Assembly (NCBI GenBank): GCA_013239625.1
Contig: MU053216.1
Location: forward strand, 2,880,943-2,944,942
Direction: 5' to 3'
DNA: 64,000 nucleotides
Source of the DNA: Lama guanicoe
Lineage: Eukaryota
Below the pieces are notes generated by a model. The model made no database searches. It had not been told where the DNA came from and was given only the letters and a program-made list of their open reading frames with translations. The translations under genes were made by a program, and so were the position numbers. Below are positions 11,797-22,112 of this stretch, in pieces. Numbering within the stretch: the stretch's first letter is position 1; each line of letters begins with the position of its first letter.

Positions 11797-14471
11797 GGAA
11801 CCAGGGAGGAAAGGACGGCAGACCCCTGGGCTCCCCTTATCCTTCCTGTAACAAAGCGCACTTGAAACTCTAGCGACGATGAGGATCCCAGGCAGGTTTG
11901 TATCAGGAATACACTTTTTAAAACATCAGTAAGTAACCATATTCATACCCCCAAGTCTCTACATTGTAGAGAATCCAGAACTTTAACAGCATTGCTCACC
12001 AAATTCAATTCACAGTTAGAACTGGATGCCTGTGGTATGCAAGGCAAGGTGCATGTTTGTAACATGAGCTATTTCTTTTCTGTGTAGATGAAAAAATGCA
12101 AACCCAGGTCCAGGAAACGGCTCTTAACCGTTATGACTCATAATTCACAGCACTCGTGTACTCATGGCTGTCATGTTATGAAGTGGCAGATTTGCCTGGC
12201 CTGGCACCTTTGCTGGAGGCAGAGATCACTCGTCCCTGCCTGCACTCTCAAAACCATCACTGTCCCCTAGAATTATTGGGAAACATTAAACAAAGTGTTG
12301 GTTTCCAGTTATCACCGCAAAGAAGCACAAAGCAAAGAGACGACCAACTTTTATGTAAAAATCAACCCACCATTGTTCCTGCCCTGGCAAAGCTGAACTT
12401 GGGTCTTGACCGGATTTGTATTTTAGAGATTAAATAACACATCTGAGTCGCGCATCAATTTATCCCTTGATGTCTCTCTACATTTGCCCCTATTTCTTTA
12501 TGCCTTTAGAACATACAATATAAATTTGATGTCCAGGATTTCCTATACACACTGAACTCAATTTCGACACATTAGAGTAAACATATTCCAACTCATACAC
12601 TGCTAATAAAAATATATAATTTAAAGAATTAATAACTTTCAAAATTACATATTGAATCACAAAATAGCTCTCAGAACTTAAAAGTATGATAAACAAGATT
12701 TGCACACTCAGATAATTATGCGTATATATATTTTTTCAAAAATAAGTGTATATCAGGAAGACTATCGATGCCTTTTAGAAAAATGTTTGCTGTCAATATT
12801 TATATGAGCAACTGAAGTTAAACTCTGTCTTTCAAAATGAATCTATGTATATCTACCCATTTATTTATAGTATAAATTATTCAGCAAAATTGGTTTAATG
12901 GCTTCTAGGACATTTTACTCTCTTATTTTCATTATAAATTCAAAGATATTTCTTATGGTAAACATTCTTGGTAGACTGAGTTGAAATTTCTATGATGGTT
13001 TGCTCTGTGGCCAACAAAATATTTTAGTTTTTCTTTATGTTCATTTAGAAATGTTTTACAACAGTTCCCGAGTGGGAATTTTTAGTGGAAATTTATTCTG
13101 ATCTGTGATAATACACAGATTATCACCCTATTAAAATGATTACTCTTTATCATTTTTTGTTATGATAACCAACTTTATCAGAATGACAACTTGATAAACA
13201 TTTTCTGTCCTGAGACAAAATGCTGTACCTATGTAAAAATTTTTAATCTGTCTCTTCAGTTACAGAAAAGGAAAAAACAAACAACAACAACAACAAAAAT
13301 AAACAAAAAAACACGATCCACACTGCTTTCTACTGTCCTTGGTTACATAAAATATAAATCAACAATGTAGCACGCTCAGAAGACAGCTACTGTCCTGGAC
13401 CTTTGAGTGGACAGGGAGCGATGGAAAGTCAAAAAGAGATTTCAAAGTGAATTACAAGAAGCAAGATATTTTTTAAAATAATTTTTCCTGTTTTTTAAAC
13501 TTACTTAGAAATCTACAAAACTACCATTTTAAATATCCTTTCAATAATAAAAAAATAACTTTTAGATACTACACCATAAGGAATAATAATAAATATCAAC
13601 CAAAATACACTCATCGACCCAAACTGAACCCATTCAAGAAATGTCCATTAAATAGACCATAACTGTATAAAGATCTCAAATTTAACAGGTAGCAGAACAT
13701 CTGCTTAGTACATTTTCCTATAGAATACAGCATTTGCATGATTCTTAAGAGTTTAAGTATTTTTATCTCGTTAAGGCTGTAATATTTACCCATCACCCAG
13801 GAAGGGCGGTGGCCCCATAAGAATTTTCAAAGCAAATAATCATTGCAACAACCGTAAGGAACCAAAAACCTTGATTTCAGATATATTCAGTGATAAGAAT
13901 TCACAAAAAGTGAATATTTAATTAAAAAACCTAAGTGTATTATTTTAAATTACCATATAGTGAAGTCCTCAATAAAGGTTTTCAGTCACAATCAAAATTT
14001 GAGGAAGCAAACTGCTGGTCAGAAAGGAGGAGGGCTTATGTGCAAGCAAAGCCGTATTATGGCTTTTTTGAAAATGCATTGTTTGTTAAGAAAGAAAAAA
14101 AACAAAAATACACTTTTTTTGTCATTAGAATCTACCTCTTGCTCAAACACATTTGTGTCATTTCAGGATAAGGTAACAGTGTTGCTTTGGGGCTATCCTT
14201 GAAGAGTTTGTAAACCAAGATACAGAGAAACAATGTTTGCCTTTTAAATTGTGAGTTCTCGGCCTTTTTAAACAGAAACAATGTGTTCTTCTCATAACAA
14301 GCCATGCCTCTCTGAGCTCAAATAACCTTGACCCTTATCCAGCGGCTCTGTCACCTCCAGTCACCAACACGCAACTGATTTTTCTATTTCAAACCAATGT
14401 CCTTCCGCCAAAAAAAAAAAAAATGATAATAATGTTAATCAGTAAGCAAGCGTGAGCTGCCTCGTACTCAC

Positions 14472-14544
14472 CTGTAACCAGCACTGCGGAGTCCAGCGAG
14501 GCAACGCCGAGGGCCAGGAGTTGAAGCCACAAATACATGGTCAT
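14472..14544 (-). CDS. PTPRC: CD45 (receptor-type tyrosine-protein phosphatase C), first coding exon (signal peptide); rest of the gene lies beyond base 1
   Basis: Minus strand reads ATG ACC ATG TAT TTG TGG CTT CAA CTC CTG GCC CTC GGC GTT GCC TCG CTG GAC TCC GCA GTG CTG GTT ACA G|GTGAGT = MTMYLWLQLLALGVASLDSAVLVT(G). This is 17/24 identical to the human CD45 N-terminus as I recall it ([25 protein letters not shown]). 73 coding nt, then a consensus phase-1 donor. Absent from the ORF track because it is short and spliced. Confidence 0.96.
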
Positions 14545-14587
14545 ATCTGGAGATCAGCCGTGTTCCCGGGAACCAGCATGCGTCCGT
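14472..14587 (-). other. PTPRC: PTPRC exon 2 (43 nt 5'UTR + 73 nt CDS)
   Basis: Acceptor ATTATTTTGCCTTTCAG|ACGGACGCATGCTG at 14588/14587; donor ACAG|GTGAGT at 14472/14471. The UTR resembles the recalled human leader AAGGACGCATGCTG...CCAGATATGACC. Confidence 0.92.
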
Positions 14588-14669
14588 CTGAAAGGCAAAA
14601 TAATGGTTATCTCCGTAAAAGGTCTTCTCTGTGGAACCGAATCAAACAGTAAAAGAAAGAAACGCGTAC

Positions 14670-14840
14670 GCTGCTCTGGTGTCTTATCAGACGGGGAGCG
14701 ATTCCGCCCGCTGTCGCCCTCAGAGCTCAGCGCCCGCCAGCGGCATGGGCTGCGAGGCACTGCGTCAGATTCGGTTTCACCAAGTTCTCCAAAAGCGCTG
14801 CAACGGGGCCTCTTGGCAGGAAGTGGAGAAGGTTGTTCAA
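14670..14840 (-). other. PTPRC: PTPRC non-coding exon 1b (5' end approximate)
   Basis: Minus strand GAACAACC...ACTTCCTGCCAAGAGG...TTTTGGAGAACTTGGTGAAACCGAATCTGAC...CGTCTGATAAGACACCAGAGCAGC|GTACGC is collinear with the recalled human PTPRC 5'UTR. It is followed by an 82-nt GT..AG intron (14588-14669). Confidence 0.82.
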
Positions 14841-14900
14841 AGTCACTGCAAAGGCATCTTACTTCCTCAATTCAAGTAACTAGACTGAGTTAGTAGGCCT
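14800..14900 (-). promoter_or_regulatory. PTPRC: PTPRC proximal (1b) promoter with ETS/PU.1 motifs
   Basis: GAGGAAGT on the minus strand (plus acttcctc, 14861-14868) and caggaagtg (14817-14825) flank the inferred start region. GATA motif cttatca at 14683-14689 lies inside exon 1b. No TATA box seen. Confidence 0.7.
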
Positions 14901-15735
14901 TTTAAAACGTTTTCCCTTCAAGGAAGATGTGCCTTAAGTATACAGCTAACACTCCCATGAGGTGGTCATTGTAACTTTTTAAAAGTAACACCTACTCTTC
15001 CCCCCAAAATCCACAAAATTCTTACTTAAAGATGATAAAACAGAGTCAGCATGGCCCTGACAAAATGGAGGCTAGTGAGATGAAATGCTCATTGAAGTGG
15101 TAGGAAATGCCTGTCTTTGTTTCAAAATGGCCAAACGAGTGAGTCAACAGCTACCTGTCGGGTTATTTTTGGTGACCAGGGTCTTTCACCAGCCAGATGG
15201 CGGGTTTAGCAGTTAAACCATTTCCCAGGCCAAAGCGTCCTCAGAGAACTTAACGGCTTTGCCCCACATCTTTCCCAGCTCTCCTTGTGGGGCCAGGAAC
15301 GGAGTCAGAAAGTCACCTCCACTACAGCAAATTCTGCTTCAAAGCAAAGACCGCTCTGTGGCTGGGGACATTCTTGGTGCTGATGAGGGCGTGAGGGTCA
15401 TTAAATCAAGAGCTCTCTTTGACCAAAGTTAACTTTTGTTTTTCCCTCAGCAATGTTCTCCCAATCTTTCTGATTAAAAGACAACAAATAAACACACAAC
15501 GTTCTTCAGGATTCGATGGTGTTCTTAGTCCATTAATTACAAAAACGCCTGCTGGCAGAGAGCCTCTGTGATGTCAGCAGCCCAGGGAAGTGAGCTGGTG
15601 TCATTGTCACAGTATCTCTATGCATTTGAAACCCAGAGTGGGCGCCTGCAGAAGGCTTTATTATTTGAACTATAGATAATGCTTGTGGGCCTTGGAGATG
15701 GACAGAGTCCTTGCAGCCACTAAAAATACCTAGGT

Positions 15736-15907
15736 GGGGGTAGGAATAGCTCAGTGGTAGGGTGCATGCTTGGCAGGCACAAGGTCCTGGGTTCAATCCC
15801 CAGCACCTCCTCTAAAAATAAATAAATAAATAAACACACCAAATGACCCCTCTCTCAAAAAAAAAAAAAAAAAAAAAAAGAAAAAAAAACAAAAACAAGC
15901 AAAAAAG
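15736..15907 (+). mobile_element. tRNA-derived SINE (vic-1-like) with long A tail
   Basis: gggggtaggaatagctcagtggtagggtgcatgcttggcaggcacaaggtcctgggttcaatccccagcacctcc, then (TAAA)n and poly(A). Confidence 0.9.
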
Positions 15908-17139
15908 AACACTGATAGCATAAAAATGGTCTTGTTCTCTATTTGCAAATGTATTTGCAAGTAAAGTAGTGTGAATGCCAGCACTGCTCTTGGGCAGGGA
16001 GGCCCAAGGAAAAGCAGGTGTCAGAGGTCACGAATTTAAGACCTCAGCCTTCTTCTTAAAAGGCATTTGCCATGGAAATCTATTTGGGGGTGAGCTTTGG
16101 GTATCTTTAAGCAAATACTTGTGCTCTGATAGTTTGTGATCATGGCGGGATATTTGGTAAAACTAGAGGCCAGGAGGGAAGTGCGTGGCATATAGTCTTT
16201 CAGAAGGAAGTGAATTCAATCAAATGTACTCTTGAACAAGTTAAGGAGAGGGGTTGGGAGCCTTAAAGAGACATTTTGAAAAGGGCTTTGCAGATCACAG
16301 CTTAGAAGGAAGAGTAAGAAATTAAGAGGTTCAATCCCATTTCACACAGGTGGGCAGAAATTCTGCCCAAGGAATCCTGAGATTCTTTAGGAACAAATGA
16401 ATCAGATTATACGTTTTACTTTCATGTGTTAAAACTGAGCATCGTGTCTACAAGGAAGAGTAGAGCTGGGGGTAACAAAGTGTCTGATGGATGCTCTGCA
16501 GCCTGGTGTAGAGAGACGGCGCTGGATGAACTCAGACAGGATTCAGGGCTCTCAGCAGGGAGGCAGTGGGGAGCCAGAGGTTCAAGACCCCTGAGAGTGA
16601 AGTGTCAGGAGGGAGGCAGGAAAGAAGCAGCCCATTGGGGGACAGAGCGCAGCCCCCACTTTGGCAGTGGACGGCATTAAACTGGACATGGAGGCAAGGG
16701 TCCGACGAGAGGTGGCCAAGGCAATCTCCTCTACTTGACCCCAAGCAGCCGCAGAAAACCCCCCTAGAAACAGAAGGAGCATTTGTGACACTGATGTGGC
16801 CCCCCTCGTTGACTCTGAGACAGGGACGGGCACTTTGTAAGGACAGCAGAGACTGGGAAAGACCAGGAAGTGATGTCAGAGTCTCCATGGAGTAAGGAGC
16901 GTGGTCCTTCTTGAGTGGAGGAAATGGTATGGATCCAAAACCATCTCCAAGTTTCATCAGTAATTTTCAAAGTAACCACAGCTGACTGACTTATAATAGT
17001 TTTTTTTAAGCTGTGATTTTTTAAATTGTAAATAACATTTATTTCAACTCATCCTCTTTCCCAGATTTTTAGTTACATATCGTAAAGGTTACACAAGGAC
17101 AGAAACAGATTACATGGGATTAACTGCAGAAGGCGTCAT

Positions 17140-17395
17140 CCGTCCATTCATTCAACAAACACGGCCATCGCCTGAGACAAGGCGGTCAGCTTTACTGGTA
17201 TTAGGAAAATAGTGGTGAGTGAAATAAAAACATGCTCCCTGCCCTGTGGATTCTACGTTAGTGGAAGACACAATAATTAACTAGCTAATTACCGTGGTAA
17301 GTTCAGCACACAGGAAACACTTGATGTTATGACTGAAGTATCTAATAAGGTATTCAATTAAGTCATGAAGCCAAGGAAGTTTACCTGAAACGAAA
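17140..17395 (-). mobile_element. LINE-2 3' end
   Basis: ccattcattcaacaaacac terminus followed by aaaacatgctccctgccctgtgga. Confidence 0.7.
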
Positions 17396-17407
17396 AGCAA
17401 TTTAAAT

Positions 17408-17722
17408 TGGGAGTCGGAGGTTTGCAGACACTATCAACTATTTATAAAACAGATGAACAGTAAGGACCTACTGTGGAGCACAGGCCACGATATTCAATGT
17501 CTTTTAAGTAATAACTTATAATGGAAAAGAATCTGGAAAAGAGTCTATATTTGCACATAACTCCGTATATGTAACTGAAATCATTTTTCTGTACACCGGA
17601 AACTAACACAATACTGTAAATCAACTATAGTTCAGTTAAAAATTAATTTAAAAAGACTCATTCTCTTGATACAACATTGTAAACTGACTGTAACTCAATA
17701 AAAATTTTTTAAAAAATAAAAT
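17408..17722 (+). mobile_element. L1 3' end plus a second very short L1 3' end (17667-17722)
   Basis: Typical 3'UTR (aaggacctactgtggagcacagg...ctgtaaatcaactatagttcagttaaa). The second terminus acaacattgtaaactgactgtaactcaataaaaa is flanked by aaaaagactcatt(c/g)tct. Confidence 0.85.
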
Positions 17723-18589
17723 AAAAAGACTCATTGTCTAGTCTGGTGTGTTTACAGTTTTTCGCATGTGAGCTCCTGGTTGCTGGTTTCAGTTAGGCAC
17801 GATCTTAAGGACATCTTTTGGTTGGCAATGGAGATATACCGAACTATTTGGAAGGGGTTAGAATCCTGTATTACTTTTTAAAAAATGTAAAACATTATTT
17901 CTCATAAAGCATTTTGTTTGTGTGAATAAGGACCACGCACGGGGAGACCTGAAGCCGCCTCGCCCAAGGGATCTTTGACGCCCAGCCCCTCCTGCGCGGC
18001 CCCTCTTCTGGCAGGAGGGCAATCATGGAACGCCTGTGCCCAGAGGGTGATTCATGCCAAAGTCCCCTGGGATAGATTGTCCGGGAGGACCTGGGGCAAC
18101 ACTGGATGTCTACGTTCCACCTGTTTCTTACAAACCGGTGAACAGAGCGCTTTAAGAGCTGCAAGACTCTGCCCAACTCAAAACATCAGAGCTACCACTT
18201 CCGAGAAGAAGAAGGTGTGAGAAAACCTGCCATTTGGACCGCGGAGTTGCACAAAGAACCTCTCGGTGCACGTGTGACTTCTGAGAAGCCAGCTTTCTGT
18301 GGGGAGCACGTGGCTCTGTGACTTGGTGTGCCGCGTGTGCAAGGGGCCCACACTCAGCTTTCCCTCCGGGCTGGTCTGTGGTTCATCTCTTACTCTGACT
18401 TCTGTGCGTTTTCCCCTCTCCGATGTCATTACAATAGGCTGTATTTCAAGCCGTTGTTGAGGGCATCCAGCTAAAGAATTAGAACTCTGGCAGCATAGCT
18501 AGATTCAAGGGACCTCACGGTCTTGGAAAGGGACCCAGTGGACACACTGGGGATGACCCGTGGGAAACAGAAGGTGAAAATCAAATAGA

Positions 18590-19235
18590 TTTCGTTCTAG
18601 AGTTTCCTACCTCAGTTTGTGGCATCACCAGCCATCCTGTTGTGAAAACAGAAACCTCAGAGTCATTCTCGAAACTCACTTCCTTCAATCCATTGTTAAC
18701 TTCTCCCTATGTTACTCCCTCAGCCTATCTTAAAATTGTCAGTTTCTCTCCATCTACACCACCACTGTCGCAGTCCAAGTCACTAACATCTCTTGAACAA
18801 ACAATCAGAATGACCTCCTAGCAGCTCTGCCTGTATCTGCTCCAACATTACTTCTCACTCCTCAGCTCCCTTTCCACCATTTATTCAGAGACATCTTTTC
18901 TCAGTGAAACTGTATCTTGGGCACCCAACCCCCGTCCTGTAGATTGTACATATAATGTCCTCTCTACTTTAAAAACTCTCCCACATCTGGCAATATTCTT
19001 TCAGTCCTACAGGTAGACCAATTGTCCCTGTCTCTGGAAAGTCCTCCTTTATTTTTCTGATTAGACCAAATGACCTCCCATCGCTCTCCCAGGGTTTTTT
19101 ATCCCCACAGCCACATTGTTTGGGTGATCATTTGATTACTTTCCTTCTCTCCCACCAAACCACACGCTCCATGAAGGCTGCTAGGCCAGCCCCTGGGCAG
19201 AGGTGACCTCTAGTTAGTTGTTAGATGAATGAACA
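18590..19235 (+). mobile_element. LINE-2 relic
   Basis: ggcatcaccagccatcctgttgtgaaaacagaaacctcagagtcattctcga...ttgttagatgaatgaa. Confidence 0.7.
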
Positions 19236-19419
19236 TCCACAGCATCCTTCCTGGTGTTTCTGGGCTGTTCGAAACGCTAGCCTGAGAGGAGGGTTAAGCG
19301 TCCCTCCTTTCCTCATATCAAATGGGCAGAAGGCTAGGTTTCATTTGAAATACAGAAAATCAAGAATGTGACAATTTGGGGGACACTTCAGTTAGGGTCA
19401 AAAGATCATATCTTCTCTG

Positions 19420-19817
19420 CAACTTAACGATGGTTCAGCTTAGGATTTTCTGACTTTACGCTGGTGTGGAAATCACACTCAGTAGACAACACCCCTCAAA
19501 TTTGGAGGTTTGATCTCTTCCCGGGCTAGCTGCACACTCTGCAGTGCTGTCTCCCGATTCCAGGCAGCTGCAGCGAGCCGCGGCACCAGGGCAGCCACGA
19601 GGCCGTGAGAGTGACAGCTGCCACATTCACAATCATTCTGCACCCGGACCACCACTCTGTTTTTCACTCTCAGTACGGTACTCAATCAGTTCCATGAGAT
19701 ACTTCACACTTTATTATTAGCTGTGGGCTAATGCAAGCGTCTGGGCGCAGTAAAGGTAGGCGAGGCGAAGCTCTGATGTTCTGTAGGCTAGATGTATTAA
19801 ATGTATTTTTGACTTAA
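19420..19817 (+). mobile_element. TcMar-Tigger non-autonomous DNA transposon (MER47/Tigger5-like)
   Basis: gatggttcagcttaggattttctgactttacg...ctgtttttcactctcagtacggtactcaat...aaggtaggcgaggcgaagctctgatgttctgtaggctagatgtattaaatg matches the recalled MER47 consensus. Confidence 0.75.
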
Positions 19818-19829
19818 GTTACTCTTCTC

Positions 19830-20150
19830 TATGTGGTGATTCAGGGACCAGGTTTCCATCTGGAGACTTCAAACTCCCTGGCCTTGCTGCTGTCTGAATA
19901 TAGCAGCAAAAGAAAAAGGAAGCATGGGTGAGGCGCACACAGTTCTTTCAAGCCTTGGCCTGGAAGTGACGCGCATCCCTTTGCCACCCATTCTGTCGAC
20001 AATGACGCGTCGTGTCGTCAGATCTAGACACGGTTGGGGGGGTGATGGGAAAATGTCATCTCTGGTCGGACGTTTACTCGCCAGGACAACTCTATACTAT
20101 GGAAAAGGAAAATGCATAGGAGTCTGGGAGGACAGCTAGACACTTTTGCC
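19830..20150 (-). mobile_element. MaLR (MLT1J/K-like) LTR fragment
   Basis: tgattcagggaccaggtttccatc; ccttggcctggaagtgacgcgcatccc. Confidence 0.6.
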
Positions 20151-20777
20151 AAAATGTGGGTTTGGGTAAGGAAACAAAATGTCCAGGAGAACTTGGAAGT
20201 AGAAACATGAGAGGGGAGAGACATTTTGCTATGTGTAGAGTACAGTGCATGTGAAAATGAGGAGGGCATTACCCACACCACCTGGAGTGCAGGCCAGGGA
20301 GGGCGAGGACAGATGCCCCGCTGACTACAGGTTAAGATGGTGCGTCATAAAGACATAATGGATGTGTGTGTGTTCATCAATTTTTTGATGACTATGAGAT
20401 TTTTTTCAAGCCTTCAAGATATGCCTAGATCTTAAGGATTATCTTCATTTTCTTTCAGACCATTGTCAAGCCTTGGGTTTTAATCTTTACAGGAGAAGAG
20501 TCAGGCACAGCATTTGTGACACCTTAGCACCTGTCCAATAAGATTGACATTTTAGTTTTTTATGGATTGCTGACACGTTTAATATGTAAGGGGGTAAATT
20601 TTCATGGTAAATAAAGATCACAGTAAACTAAGCAATAGGACAAAGTCACCAGAGTTGCGAGTGGAGTGGAGTGAAAATGGAAAAAAATCACGCACCTGCA
20701 CGGTTCAAGATTGCATTGAAAGTACCAGCAGGGAAGCTTCGGTTTTAATCAGTTATGTCGTCTCAAACACTATTAAA

Positions 20778-20992
20778 GTAGTAGTCGTCGTCGTACTAGT
20801 AATGGTGGCGGTAGCGGTAGTGGTGGGCGTGACACACAGCGGAGGTAACGGTGGCGGTGCTGGTGGTGGGAGTGGCAGTAGTAGTGGTGGGGGGGGAGTC
20901 ATGGTGGTGGTGGTGGCGGCGGGAGCAGTAACAGTGGTAGCAGCGGGGGCGGTAACGGCGGCGCAGTGGTGGCCGCGGCACCGTTAGTAGCC
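20778..20992. repeat. GC-rich degenerate trinucleotide low-complexity tract (GTA/GTG/GCG)n
   Basis: gtagtagtcgtcgtcg...ggtggcggtgctggtggt...gtaacggcggcg. Explains the Val/Gly-rich ORF 20604-20987. Confidence 0.9.
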
Positions 20993-21419
20993 GTCGTGCA
21001 CCCGTCGCTCACGACGGGCCCTGCACTGTGCTCCCGTGAAAGTGAATTTTCTCACGGCGCCAGTAGGAGGCAGGTAGCATTACGCCATCACGTTTTCCGG
21101 TGAGTGAACAGGACCGGGTTGGTATTTCATTTCTTCTATAAGAGACAGGACTTCCATGTGGACCCAAGTCCTGACTTTTAGACCCTGAGCCCCACCCAAC
21201 GCCCTACATTCTACACTGAGGAGTTTTCACCTGCAAATAAGTGGAGTTCTACGTAACTCAAATGGAAACAGAGAAGACACAAGATCAAGAACCGTTTTCC
21301 GTCGAACGGACTTTCCTGCCCCTCAGAAGTGACCAGCAGTGCAAGCACATTTAGCATAAAAAGCAATGTGTCAGGGCTTTGGGGTCCAGTCTCTTCTATC
21401 CGGCTTCTGAATTTTGTAG

Positions 21420-22030
21420 CTCAAGGCTCCATACTTCCTCCACACTTTCTCCCAACATTATCTCATTCACTCCCATGAATTAAAACACCATAGATTTCCA
21501 CAGATCCAAATATTCATCCATATTTTCTACCCTCAGCCCAGACCTTGGCTCTGTGGCCCTGTTCCCCACGGCCTACAATGGCTGGGCCCTGGGAGGGCCA
21601 CAGACAACCAGGTGGACCCTGAACTCCATGTTTGGGGGTCCCCCAAGCCTGCCCTCCTGCCCCAGCAACACCACCCGCCCCATTACTCCAGCCAGGTACC
21701 TGGAAGTCATCCTCATTCCCATCGGTCTCAAGCTGCCAAGCCCAGTCCAGGAGCAAGTTTCCTCCACTCTGCGTCTAAGATGTGTGTCAGTGGGGTCTCC
21801 TCAGCACACCCCCTGCCGCCATGTCTGTATGCCATCCCTTCCGTCCTGGAGAGCCAGGACAGCCTCTCACCGGTCTCCACAACAGAGCAAGAGAGTCTTC
21901 TCAAATGTAAATAAGCCTGTGTTACATCCTCGCATCAAATCTGCTTAAAGGTTCTGTTTACTATTCAAATAAAGTCCAAACCCCATATGTGAGCCCACAA
22001 AGCAGTGTAAGGTCCAGCTCCAGCCTGGTT
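21420..22030 (+). mobile_element. LINE-2 relic
   Basis: ctcattcactcccatgaattaaaacacca; ccagccaggtacctggaagtcatcctc; aaataaagtccaaacccc. Confidence 0.65.
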
Positions 22031-22112
22031 CTCACACATAGTCCAGTTAGTAAATGGCAGAACCTCCCTTAGCTCAAAGGCTGTAAAACAACAGGCTTCA
22101 GAGTGCATTTGC

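Larger units (their letters stand above)
1..14471 (-). other. PTPRC: PTPRC intron 2 (5' part)
   Basis: Begins at the GTGAGT donor. No recognisable exon 3 in the window, consistent with the known very long second intron. Confidence 0.8.

Noticed and set aside
15100..15470. PTPRC alternative exon 1a
   Set aside because: Expected in this area, and candidate minus-strand donors exist (GAG|GTGACT near 15316, CAG|GTAGCT near 15155), but I cannot choose boundaries from sequence alone.
15736..15810. tRNA gene calls for the A-box/B-box elements (also 7367, 8625, 31869, 37487, 54301)
   Set aside because: They have A-rich or microsatellite tails, some have TSDs, and stems are degenerate, so they are SINEs.
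17790..18460. Possible LTR relic
   Set aside because: Composition is LTR-like but I could not match termini or a family.
20604..20987. 127-aa ORF with a hydrophobic Val run and Gly/Ser linker
   Set aside because: Translation of a trinucleotide low-complexity tract; no splice or homology support.
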